Made by a program: the position numbers and the translations under genes. From assembly GCA_965153285.1 (NCBI GenBank), contig OZ229116.1: a stretch of DNA of 64,000 bases. One strand, given 5' to 3'. This document shows positions 1 through 11,758 of the stretch, piece by piece. Below the pieces are notes generated by a model, which did no database searches, was not told the origin of the DNA, and saw nothing but the letters and a program-made list of their open reading frames with translations. Position 1 is the first letter of the stretch. Each line of letters begins with the position of its first letter. This DNA is from Podarcis tiliguerta. Its lineage: Eukaryota.

Positions 1-269
1 ACTCTTCGTGACCCCATGGACCACAGCACACCAGGTACTCCTGTCATCCACTGCCTCCCACAGTTTGGTCAAACTCATATTAGTAGCTTTGAAAACACTG
101 TCCAACCATCTCGTCCTCTGTCGTCCCCTTCTCCTTGTGCCCTCCATCTTTCCCAACACCAGGGTCTTTTCCGGGGAGTCTTCTCTTCTCATGAGGTGGC
201 CAAAGTATTGGAGCCTCAGCTTCAGGATCTGTCCTTCCAGTGAGCACTCAGGGCTGATTTCCTTCAGAA
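1..269 (-). mobile_element. BovB (RTE) LINE 3' fragment, cut by the window edge
   Basis: Near-identical to 16231-16480 and to the reverse complement of 53084-53280; typical BovB 3' end. Confidence 0.9.
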
Positions 270-2507
270 AAGCTGGCTTAGTCAAAGGCAATGTAACCCC
301 CATTTCCCAAGGGGGTGCTAGGGCCAGGGCCAGAGGGGAGAGACTGGAACCTAAGCCTGTTCAGCTTAGACACATGACCTGGCAACCTCTTTTAGAACAC
401 TATTTCAAAGGCTTGTTTTCCCTCTGCCAGCCTTTGGCTCAGCAGCTAACAGCAGTCCCTCTGCTGAACAGGGCCTGGATCTGGTATAGCTTTACTTTAT
501 CTTATAGCACCTCAGTTTATGCCAGCTTCTTATGCATAGGATTGCTCCCTAATATTCACTGCAGATCAAAACTTAACTCTGCACTTACTAAATGCCACAA
601 CACTGTTCTTAGCAGTTCAAACCGATCAAAATGCATCTTGCAATAAGTATTTTGAAATAAAATAAGAGCGCATTGTGCATTATGAGAAAAAATATGTTTA
701 GAACTGTGTATTTTGAAAGTGATATGTATTTTAATCGGGGGGGGGGGGTTGGTACAGATTATTATTTTATTTTTGGTGGCAGAACCACTAATGAATGCAG
801 CAGCAGCACATGATGAACAGATATGAAATTGACATGCTGCAGAAATAAATGGATTTGCCCGACGGATTCCTGTTGGGAGTTGTGCCCTCACATTTCAGAA
901 CTGAATTGGCAAAATGTGATGTCAAAGTGCAACTTTTGCTCTGTTTCAAAATGTGATGATGTCATAGTAAGAGAAAATATATAAATGCATATTTTACATT
1001 AGAAATGTCTCATCGTTCTCTGTATGATTCCATGAAGTAGCGCTAAAGAATTATGCTCTTATCTGAAGCTTCAGAAACTTGAGTAGAACATGGGGCTTTG
1101 TGTGAAAACATGACATTTCTTCAGAAAGCCAAATTTCCATTGATGGGTTTTATTTGTACACCAATAGGCACAGAGGCACTTTCATCTTCTATTTTTAGCT
1201 CCCAAAGCAGCAAAATATACAGAAACCACAGGAAGCCATTCAAAAGAGAAAAATTGGACATATATTGAATTGAAGGTAAAAATAATAAAATCATCTGGAA
1301 TGGGCATCTTTTTATGTGCCAAAAAAAGAAAGAAAAAAGAATGAGGAAAAAAATGTTTACTTTTTAACAAGAGACCTATAAATACCCACACAATTGTCAA
1401 TATTTGAACCAGGCTCTAAAATAACATTGTTAGGTTCATTAACAAAACAGTACATATATCTGCTCAGCCATAGTGAACAGTCTGTATGGATGGTTTAATT
1501 AATATATTTTTTAAACTTTCATGGGACGAGGATTGTTGACTTTATTCATAAAGGCACATGTGATCTTATATCATGTATACAGTGACTTCTTTTCATTTTG
1601 AAATCCTTGAGAGCACAAACACAGATCATGGCTTTCCTCCTGGCAATACTGACATTTCCACTGCAGAGCTGACCTAACATGTTGCTTACTTTCTACATTG
1701 CATAGGGGGGAAATATTCTCTTTCTTCCAGTTCTCCCCTAATACCACAGTATTTGACACTTACTTAGTTTTATAAATCAATGGACTGAAGAGGCAAAATG
1801 ACTGGATGGGGGAAATAGGATGATTCTGAAATGCAGAAAATGAAGAGATGAAACTGAACTGACATGAAGGAAGGAAAAGGTGTGGGAGGAGCCAGTCATA
1901 GCAAAAATGTTAGGGTTATGCAGAAGAACAGAAGCTCCTGCAGTTATCATAACCTCAGAGCAGTGATGGGTAGAAGGTCATTCTGGATCTTCTGGTAGAT
2001 CTCTGGGTGATTTGAAAGTGTCTGCCATTTTCAGACACATTACACACAAATGCTAGCGAAGATTAAACCAAACCCAGTATTCACCAGGATGCACATGTGA
2101 GGAGCCAGCAGATCTCTGACTCAGCTGGCTGATTCTCAGCGCAACTGAACTATGCCCAAACAAGCCCCATATCCTGGCTCAGCCAGAGATATGCTGGCAC
2201 AAGTACCTCATCCAGCATTAACTGGGGCTTAGATGGCTAAACTGAGACTGGTGGATTTGATGTTGCTGTAGGCCATGAAAAATGGGGTACTGGGGTGGGG
2301 GCATGACCAAGCAAGGGGTACTTATGCTGGTCCCTAATTTAGTTCAACATTTTCCCCCTCTATCGGACTTAGGCCAGCTCAGCTAGTGATAGCTCCTGAA
2401 TGGAATTTGGAAAAGGCATAATTTACACTGTTTTAAATTAAGCCAGTATGAATTTCACCACTTCTTTTATTTAGGATTACTTTTTAAGCTCACCCTAAGA
2501 CTGTAAT

Positions 2508-2879
2508 GGATGCGGGTGGTGCTGTGGTCTAAACCAATGACCCTCTTGGGCTTGCCAATCAGAAGGTCGGTGGTTTGAATCCCTGCGACGGGGTGAGTGC
2601 ATGTTGCTCGGTCTCAGCTCCTGCCAACCTAGCAGTTCAAAAGCACACCTGTGCAAGTAGATAAATAGGTACCACTCTGGCGGGAAGATAAACGGCGTTT
2701 CCGTGTGCTGCTCTGGTTTCGCCAGAAGCGGCTTAGTTTTGCTGGCCACATGACCTGGAAAAACTGTCTGCGGACAAACGCCAGCTCCCTCAGCCTGTAA
2801 AGTGTGATGAGTGGCTGCAACCCCAGAGTCGTCTGCGAGTGGACTTAACTGTCAGGGGTCCTTTACCTTTACCTTTTTA
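2508..2879 (+). mobile_element. Sauria SINE, full length
   Basis: tRNA-like head, gcaagtagataaataggtacc core and (ACCTTT)n tail. TSD AAGACTGTAAT at 2497-2507 and 2880-2890. Confidence 0.92.
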
Positions 2880-3037
2880 AAGACTGTAATGGTAATCCCT
2901 GCAAGAGAACCAGTGCAGACATCTGTCTGAAACTGGGCTGGATTCAAGTCTTCCAAAAAAGACTTGCCTACAATTTATTACCAAATTCAGCCCACAAAGA
3001 TTATATTCCTCCCCCCACAAGGTTTTTCAGCTTTCTG

Positions 3038-3405
3038 TAAAAGGTAAAGGTACCCCTGCCCTTACGGGCCAGTCTTGACAGACTCTAGGGTTGTGCGCCC
3101 ATCTCACTCAAAGAGGCCAGGGGCCAGCGCTGTCTGGAGACACTTCCGGGTCACGTGGCCAGCGTGACATCGCTGCTCTGGAGAGCCAGAGCCGCACACG
3201 GAAACGCCGTTTACCTTCCCGCTAGTAAGCGGTCCCTATTTATCTGCTTGCACCCGAGAGTGCTTTTGAACTGCTAGGTTGGCAGGCGCTGGGACTGAAC
3301 AACGGGAGCGCACCCCGCTGCGGGGATTCGAACCACCGACCTTTCGATCGGCAAGCCCTAGGTGCTGAGGCTTTAACCCACAGCGCCACCAGTGTCCCAC
3401 CCGCG
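3038..3405 (-). mobile_element. Sauria SINE, full length
   Basis: Near-identical reverse complement of 10497-10868. Imperfect TSD TTTCAGC(T/C)TTCTG. Confidence 0.92.
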
Positions 3406-5115
3406 TTTCAGCCTTCTGAGGTATATGCAAATGATAATTCTGAGAAACTCAGCCATGAGAAAGCAACATAACTCAGTTTCAGTTTAAATATGTAGAAAGA
3501 CACAGAGGCCAAATTCCCCATTTGGGAAGGGAAAAATATTCCAAATCCTAAATTAAGTTACATGTACGAAGAATCATTGCCTAGTACTAGACTCAATAGA
3601 CAAGGAATAATTTTATGGAGAGAAGGGGCAATGTTCACGTGAACTGCTACCACTGAAGGAAATGCTATGTGAAGCAACACATTTTCAGACGCTGCGTAAC
3701 ACTGAACGTAAAATTCAGTGGCATGCTACTACAATCATTCCATCATCATAAGCTTCTTTGGTTGCCAGATAAGCCCCCTAGGACACATTGGGACTTTCTT
3801 CTGAGTAATAATGCATACACTTGTACTGCATGCCCCAGATACACAGCCCATTTTCTTCCAGTCCCATGCCATCTCCATTGGGAATTAATACTGTTACATG
3901 CTCTTTCTATGATTCTGTGATAAAATATCTACACACATTTGCGTGGTGCATTTTAAATCAAATAACATGTGGACTGTGGATCGGAAATATGGAAGACATA
4001 AAGTTCCCTTTTTCTGGTTGCTCTTCTTTATCCACCTATTCCTTCATCTTGATCATTTATCTAAATGGAAAGGCACAGGCTGGATAGGTTAAACAGGCAT
4101 AGTTTTCAAATCTATCATCTTGTTTGGCTGTTTGGTTGTAAGTCGCTATTGGTTGCCTTGGGCAAGATAAAGTGACTAAAAAAAATAATAAATCAGCATC
4201 ATAATCATCAACTACCATGTTCCTAATTTTGTTTTTCTCCAAAATGATAGCTAGCAGTAATGTTTCCCAGTGCATTTAAACTGTGTTCCTTAACACCATA
4301 GCATAATTTTTGAAACATGATTGATTCAATACGTCATAATTTTACTGCAATAACTATGATAGATTTCACTTGGCAATATGGACAGCTTTCCTAACTGCAT
4401 TTACAGCATTTTTCTCTTTATAATGCAACATTAATTATTGTAAAATTGTATTCTGGGCAGCAAGGCTAGGTATCAGTACTAAGAACATATTTGAGGATTA
4501 CCAATGATCAATAATTACATCATTTCCTTATCTTTCCCCCCTTCTTGAGAAATGACATTTCTATAAGAAAGCACACACACCAAAAAGTATATCTCTTGCT
4601 TATAACTTGCTTGAACAAAACCATTGTAATAGCATACAATGATTCGAGTCTTTGGCCTGGTCTTTATTGGGACAGGGCTAAGTGGCTTTCCTTTCTTGTT
4701 CCGTGGCTTTGGTTTGTGCTGTGTTTCATAACACAGGGGTGAAGGGATGTATTGGCATCTAATGGATAACAATTCACTGCTTCCTAAAATTCTATCCCCC
4801 CCCCCCCCAGTTAATAATGGATGTAAACCTTGTAGACTTTCTCACGTTGTCTCCCTCCCATGTTTTCAGCATAAAATGAATATATCAGATGAAGATTAGT
4901 TAGCAGTGGAAACTATTATGTCTTCCAAGCTTCGGGTTTTGCACACAAGGACCACAAAAGAGAGTGGGGAGGACTGGATGCTGACTGATGTCTGTGCTCA
5001 GCTCAGTCCAAAATGTAGGAACAACATTTAACAACATCCCTAAAGGACCTCTGCTCACATACATGGTGGGGGACCACAATATTACTTATACACTAGTCTG
5101 CTGTTATATAACATT

Positions 5116-6671
5116 GGGATCAATCCTAAATATGACGAGTCAGCTTAATTTATGTCACCTCAAATTTAAGCAGTATCAAAGTACTCCAGATCTAAACTCC
5201 ATGTGGAGTGGGGCTGTTGCTGGTTGAGCCAGCCTAAGCCTGGCAAATGGAAAGCAAAATTTTAAAATAGAGTGTGACTTTCATCACCCTTGTTGCCATT
5301 GTAAATTCCACCAGCTTGCCAGGTCACATTAATAGAGCTCAATGGAGTATGAATCCAGCATAAGTCCTTCATCCTCCGATCCGGTTCCTGCTATTCATGT
5401 AGAATGCCTCCCCCCCCCCCTCAACTCAGCTGGCTTAGCCCTAACTTAGCCAGGATGAAGGAGTTACACCAGTGTATCTCCAGCTGAGTCATGGTTGGGG
5501 ACGCACACAGGCCTAGCCTGGCTGACTGACCGAACCCAAAGGGTGCTCATCAATGGTTCCTCTTCATCCTGGAGAAGAGTGACTAGTGGGGTGCCACAGG
5601 GTTCTGTCTTGGGCCCGGTCTTATTCAACATCTTTATCAACAACTTGGATGATGGACTCAAGGGCATCCTGATCAAATTTGCAGATGACACCAAACTGGG
5701 AGGGGTGGCTACACCCCAGAGGACAGGATCACACTTCAAAATGACCTTGACAGATTAGAGAACTGGGCAAAAACAAACAAGATGAATTTTAACAGGGAGA
5801 AATGTAAAGTATTGCACTTGGGCAAAAAAAATGAGAGGCACAAATACAAGATGGGTGACACCTGGCTTGAGAGCAGTACATGTGAAAAGGATCTAGGAGT
5901 CTTGGTTGACCACAAACTTGACATGAGCCAACAGTGTGACGCGGCAGCTAAAAAAGCCAATGCAATTCTGGGCTGCATCAATAGGAGTATAGCATCTAGA
6001 TCAAGGGAAGTAATAGTGCCACTGTATTCTGCTCTGGTCAGACCTCACCTGGAGTACTGTGTCCAGTTCTGGGCACCACAGTTCAAGAAGGACACTGACA
6101 AACTGGAACGTGTCCAGAGGAGGGCAACCAAAATGGTCAAAGGCCTGGAAACGATGCCTTATGAGGAACGGCTAAGGGAGCTGGGCATGTTTAGCCTGGA
6201 GAAGAGGAGGTTAAGGGGTGATACGATAGCCATGTTCAAATATATAAAAGGATGTCCCATAGAGGAGGGAGAAAGGTTGTTTTCTGCTGCTCCAGAGAAG
6301 CGGACACGGAGCAATGGATCCAAACTACAAGAAAGAAGATTCCACCTAAATATTAGGAAGAACTTCCTGACAGTAAGAGCTGTTTGACAGTGGAATTTGC
6401 TGCCAAGGAGTGTGGTGGAGTCTCCTTCTTTGGAGGTCTTTAAGCAGAGGCTTGACAACCATATGTCAGGAGTGCTCTGATGGTGTTTCCTGCTTGGCAG
6501 GGGGTTGGACTCGATGGCCCTTGTGGTCTCTTCCAACTCTATGATTCTATGATTCTATTCTATGATTCTATGATTCTAGCCTGGTTGAGCTGAGAACCTG
6601 CTGCCTGAGCCAGAGATTTGCCCAATGCTAAATTGCTCATTCTCAGCAGATCTAGAGTTAGGAGAGCACCC
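5116..6671 (+). mobile_element. Old unclassified TIR element (about 490 bp) split by the CR1 insertion
   Basis: Ends are GGGATCAATCCTAA ... TTAGGAGAGCACCC. The rejoined halves align by eye with the reverse complement of about 2100-2250 and with about 39290-39420. Confidence 0.55.
5516..6577 (+). mobile_element. CR1 LINE, 5'-truncated (C-terminal part of ORF2 RT plus 3' UTR)
   Basis: [18 protein letters not shown] and [10 protein letters not shown] motifs; ORF 5782..6387. Frameshift near 5710 and premature TGA at 6385. (ATTCTATG)n tail. CTAGCCTGG is repeated at both flanks (5513-5521, 6576-6584). Confidence 0.95.
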
Positions 6672-8537
6672 TAATTCAGTATTTTATGTTATTCCACATA
6701 TCTAGCATTTATTGCATATATTTATTCTATACTACTGTATGTATATATTGGTTTCTACTCTAAACTCTGAAATCCCAAAATTTTCTTCTGTGTATACCTG
6801 CATCGGTTGGAACAGGACTTTCCTTCCTTTGTGAGTCTAGCTGGAATGATACCTTTCATTAAATTTCAGTGTTCACTTACCTTCAAACAATTTTCACTTG
6901 AATCTGTTGTTAATAAATAAAGGGAAGCAGGTCTGATCTGAAGCCAATTTACTGTTTATTGCATTCTGTTAGCCATTCTCAGCCTGTATTGAAAAACACA
7001 ATCAAATTTCCCATACATTAAGAATTCAAAAGGAACAAAGCAAGAAAAGAAAATCAGGAAACAATTGGCTTGTCTTTCAACATCTCATTAAATAATGCCA
7101 ATTAATTAATACACGTTGCACACCAAGCTTCTTAGCCAGCGTGTTCACATTTTCACTCACACTTCTTTGTGTTGTGTTGTTTGTTACTCCTTCCCAGTTC
7201 AGTCCATACCAATATGGAGAAGGATGTCTTGTCGGACAGAAAATCAGAGTCAATGCAGAAAACCATTTTACATAGTTTTTTTAAAGCTCTTATTGCTTTT
7301 CTAAGCTTCTCATTTATATTTATATTTTCATCTTTCCTTAAAAAGGCAAGCAAAACATACTAGCCCCAGTCCCAATATCCTCCTGATCTCTCTATTTGGC
7401 CCTCAAGACTTTCCACAGGACACACCTTGGCCCTGACCCTACTCTGCACACTCCTCAAATGCTCAAGGAATGTGTCCTTGAGCTATGATAATGCTTGCCT
7501 AGATAGAGGAGAATTCCTGTAACAACTAAGCAGACACCTTGAATTCTATACAGAAGCACTCCACCAAAGCCTGCTAAAAACCAGTTTGTTGATATCCCAC
7601 CTTTTCCTGCTCCTGCATTGAAAATCAACACAAGGGAAAACACACATCTTAGAGCTGGGCTGCACAGTCACTACATGGGGCCTGCTTAAAAGCACCTTCG
7701 TGATGCAACTGCTCTTCAGCATTAACCCCTCCAACTGAACAGACTGTGAGCTGATTTATATGTGACTGGAGCAAAAGAGCAGAAGAGGAAATGCTCACAT
7801 CATTGACTGAGACTGCATGGCTCTAAGTCCAAACATTACTGTAGCAGCATGGGTAGAGTACGGAGAAGATACTCTTACATTGCTCTAGGAACAAATGAAT
7901 CTGCCATCTCTCCATGCCAGCAATGGATGTGCTGTGGAAAGGCTCCTTGCAGTCCAGCTGATTCACAGCATGTCAACCAACATCTCTGGTGAGAAGTGGA
8001 TTGGCAGCCTGCCTCCAACCCCAAGAACACATTCATAAGGAAAGGGCAGGTGAAGCCCCTGCTTCAATTCCCAAGTTCCCACTGCTCCCTGGATAGGCCC
8101 ATGCCATCCTCAAATATGTATAGGATTATTCCATTTTTCATTCCCATTGGGACTTTGGCGTGAAAATGGATTCATCTTGCCCTCTCTTTGCTTCCTTGTT
8201 AGAATTTGACAACAAGAAATGAAAAAGGAAGGGGTGCACATTCTGCGCATTAGATTACATGTAAAAGGTCACCATCAATTGGTTTAGTAGTATCTGTCAA
8301 ACAGCCAGAGATAAATGTATGCCAGATTTCTTAGAAATCATGTCGCTGATGCTTAAATCACTGTAGGGCCTATTTTCAGCTGCTGACCTTTTCTAGTTAG
8401 GAAAGATGTCACAGCAGATCTCATACACAGAAGCCCTGAAACAAAAATCTTTAAAGAGGAATTTCAGTTCAGCGTGGACACGTGATATGGTAAACTGTTT
8501 AATCAAACCAAGCTTTATGTGGTATCTATGGTCTGTG

Positions 8538-8708
8538 ACGTTCCGTGTGCTGCGCTGGCTCACCAGATGCAGCTTGTCACGCTGGCCACGTGACCCGGAA
8601 GTGTCTGCAGACAGCACTGGCTCCCAGCCTATAGAGTGAGATGAGCGCACAACCCTAGAGTCTGGCAAGGCTGGCCCATACGGGCAGGGGCACCTTTACC
8701 TTTACCTT
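8538..8708 (+). mobile_element. Sauria SINE, 5'-truncated
   Basis: 3' half of the SINE with an (ACCTTT)n tail. Perfect TSD TATGGTCTGTG at 8527-8537 and 8709-8719. Confidence 0.9.
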
Positions 8709-9315
8709 TATGGTCTGTGGTAACTTTCGCATAAGCAAGAAATGTGATCTAGCTGAAGTATGATGGGAAAGCAGAAGGGACCATAATAAAAGCTGTGGCA
8801 ACAGGTTCCACCACTTACCCATGTGGTACCATTTCTTTTGCTCAAACCCACGTATTTGTCCCATGGCCCTTGGACACACACAGAATAAAACTCTTTTGCC
8901 AAGTGTGGAATATTTATTATCTGATGGTTAGATTTACATTACAGTGAACATGAGGCCAGCCCTGAAACTAATAAGCCAACACTGAATTCTTCCTTTTGTA
9001 ACATGTAGGTAAACCTACTCACATCCTGATACCACAAACTAGGGGAAGAGCTACAGCTCAGGTAGAGCAACTGCTTTGCACTCAGGAAGTGATGAGAATA
9101 TCTACTAGATACCAGATGTTGTACATCTGGAGGACATCATATTGGCTACTCTTGATTTAGACTTAAATTCAAGAGCTACCCAAAGCCTTCTGAAATTTTG
9201 ATGCCTGAACATGAGATTTTGGCATTAGTACTGCATCAAGCTTGTTAGGGGGTGAAAAGCATACACAAAGTATACCAAAAACTCCACTTGGTAGCAGAGA
9301 AACTTATTATTAACT

Positions 9316-9727
9316 AGGGATGGGAGAATCTCTTAATTTTGATTCTCTCACTTATTCATTTTTCCATTCTTAAGCTCATTTCTCCACATTTCCACATCAA
9401 TTTGAATTTTCTTAAATGGTTTTCATGAAAATTCACCTACATTTTAGTGCATAATTCTCCTAACAGACACATTTTTGTATGACATTTTGCCCAACATACA
9501 CATTTTTGCAAAGAATTTATCCTCATAAAATACGTTGTTGTATGCTATGGTACTCATATATGCATTTTATGGATACACAATGATTTGGCTGAAGAAGTGC
9601 ACTGTGAAATTCAAAGAAATGTGAATTATGATAGATGGCTAGGTGTGGTTCACATATTGTTTTGGAAACTGTAAAGCAGATAAGTTCACCTTTAAATGCA
9701 AATTGAATCAAATTTCTCTCCATTCCT
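9316..9727. mobile_element. Old non-autonomous TIR element, about 400 bp (AGGGATGG...CCATTCCT family)
   Basis: Degenerate terminal inverted repeats. Similar AT-rich interiors at about 12060-12365, 58295-58705, 59302-59693 and 60291-60590. Confidence 0.5.
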
Positions 9728-10496
9728 CCTTAGAGATAAATACCCACTTTTCTGTACTACTGTTGTTCATGCACCAAATTTGATATCATGGGTGCATAAA
9801 GCACAGGTTTGTCATGCCAGTATCAGTTGTTTTTCCTACTGGCTTCTTTCACCCGAAGGTATTTATGCAGTTAACTTTCAATGATGAAGGATGCAAATTT
9901 AGAAGGATGGCTGTGTGTGAATTAGGTAGCCGTGCCCTGAAATGCTAAGTGAATTGGATCCTATCCTCCGTCCCCATTCGTCACTCATCACTCACTGGTC
10001 TTCCTCGTAGCTTAGCGGGTATCCCTTGTCTTAAGCATCTTGAAATGGGGTGAGAGAGTGTGGAGAAAGATAGTACACTTCTTTGCATGCCCTACTTGCT
10101 GCTTTCAGCTCCTACATAGTTCATAAAGGTGAAGACATATAACTCCTGGGAACTGAATGTTTAGGCCTAGATGCCTGATGCATAAAAATCTGCACTGTAC
10201 ACATATTACCAGTCAGGAGCCGGAATGTTTTCCTACTGAAGTTGTTATTAGCTTACTCCACCCTTGTGAATTCTCTGAACTCGAATATCTCAGCTTGTCT
10301 GACATTTATTAGTAAAGTCCACATTTTATCTACAGTCATGTGAGGAAAGATATACATTTTTATTACAGTTAACTCAGGCAAATTTATCAAAGCCACCCAG
10401 AGTTCTGAATATCAAACAGCCATTTGAAAAGAACCAGGAAGTCAGTCAAGGAGAACCATAATCTTATTCCCAAATAAAGCCAAATATATCACCTGC

Positions 10497-10868
10497 AAGG
10501 GACGCAGGTGCGCTGTGGGTTAAAGCCTCAGTGCCTAGGGCTTGCCGATCAAGAGGTCGGCGGTTCGAATCCCCGCGGCGGGGTGCGCTCCCGTTGTTCG
10601 GTCCCAGCGCCTGCCAACCTAGCAGTTCGAAAGCACTCCCGGGTGCAAGTAGATAAATAGGGACCGCTTACTAGCGGGAAGGTAAACGGTGTTTCCGTGT
10701 GCGGCTCTGGCTCACCAGAGCAGCGATGTCACGCTGGCCACGTGATCCGGAAGTGTCTTCGGACAGCGCTGGCCCTCGGCCTCTTTGAGTGAGATGGGCG
10801 CACAACCCTAGAGTCTGTCAAGACTGGCCCGTACGGGCAGGGGTACCTTTACCTTTACCTTTACCTTT
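10497..10868 (+). mobile_element. Sauria SINE, full length, young
   Basis: Intact B box GGTTCGAATCC, CpGs retained, (ACCTTT)n tail. TSD ATATCACCTGC at 10486-10496 and 10870-10880. Confidence 0.93.
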
Positions 10869-10894
10869 AATATCACCTGCTATGAGTGTAAGAC

Positions 10895-11027
10895 ATGAGG
10901 TGCTGTGGTCTTCCAGACACTTTTGGACTCCAGCTTTCATCAGCCCCAGTCAGTATGACCAATGATTATGGATGATGGGAATTGTAGTCCAACAACATTG
11001 AAAATCCACAGGTTCCTCTATCTCTGG
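10895..11027. mobile_element. Palindromic hAT-type MITE, about 130 bp, old
   Basis: Similar to 61560-61695 (gatgggaattgtagtccaacaac). Further relics at about 13570-13672, 20345-20475 and 42318-42395. Confidence 0.6.
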
Positions 11028-11391
11028 TATAAGGAAGCAGTAAAATAAATTGCTTGGGCATAGTAAATATCTTTAATTATTTACTCTAGTGACTATATTA
11101 CAAGTAAGTTGGAGGAAAGATGAGTGTGAGGAGAGAGAAGGTTTGGAAAATATGCTTTGGTTTTTATTTGACATGAAAACCTTTCAATAAAACATTGAAC
11201 ACAAAAGATATTGACTAAATTAGTATGCCTGTGTGATGACTCTCAGTGAAGCTATACTTCAGCTTAGCAAACACCTTTGATACTCCTTGATACTTGTTTA
11301 AATCTTGTAATTAAAATATTACAATCCCACATAGAGCCTGCCATAAAATACATCCTTGTGAGAGTGTTCCCCCTGGGATTCATAACATTTA

Positions 11392-11758
11392 CAGTGGTGC
11401 CTCGCAAGACGAAAAGTATCCGTTCCGTGAGTCTCTTCGTCTTGTGGTTTTTTCATCTTGCGAAGCAAGCCCATTAGCGGATTAGCAGATTAGCGCTATT
11501 AGTGGTTTAGCGGCTATTAGCGGCTATTAAAGGCTTAAGGGATTAGCGGATTAGCTGCTAAAAGGCTATTAGCAGCTTAGTGCCTTAGAAAAAGGGGGTG
11601 GGGAGCGAAACCCCCCCCCCCAGGAATCGCAAGACATTTTCGTCTTGCGAAGCAAGCCCATAGAGAAATTCATCCTGCGAAGCACCTCCAAAACGGAAAA
11701 CCCTTTCGTCTAGCGGGTTTTCCATCTTGCGAGGCATTTGTCTTGCGGGGCACCACTG
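11392..11758. mobile_element. Tc1/mariner (Tigger/pogo-like) MITE, family A
   Basis: TIR CAGTGGTGCCTCGCAAGAC / GTCTTGCGGGGCACCACTG, TA on both sides, internal TTAGCGG-type repeat array. Confidence 0.9.

Noticed and set aside
8-646. 212-aa ORF
   Set aside because: Antisense reading of a BovB fragment running into unique DNA; no protein motifs.
5782-6387. 201-aa ORF as a domesticated or active RT
   Set aside because: It is a 5'-truncated CR1 with a frameshift and a premature stop, and has no promoter.
11474-11590. CRISPR array or interstitial telomere
   Set aside because: Eukaryotic DNA, no spacers, the unit is not TTAGGG, and it lies inside a MITE.
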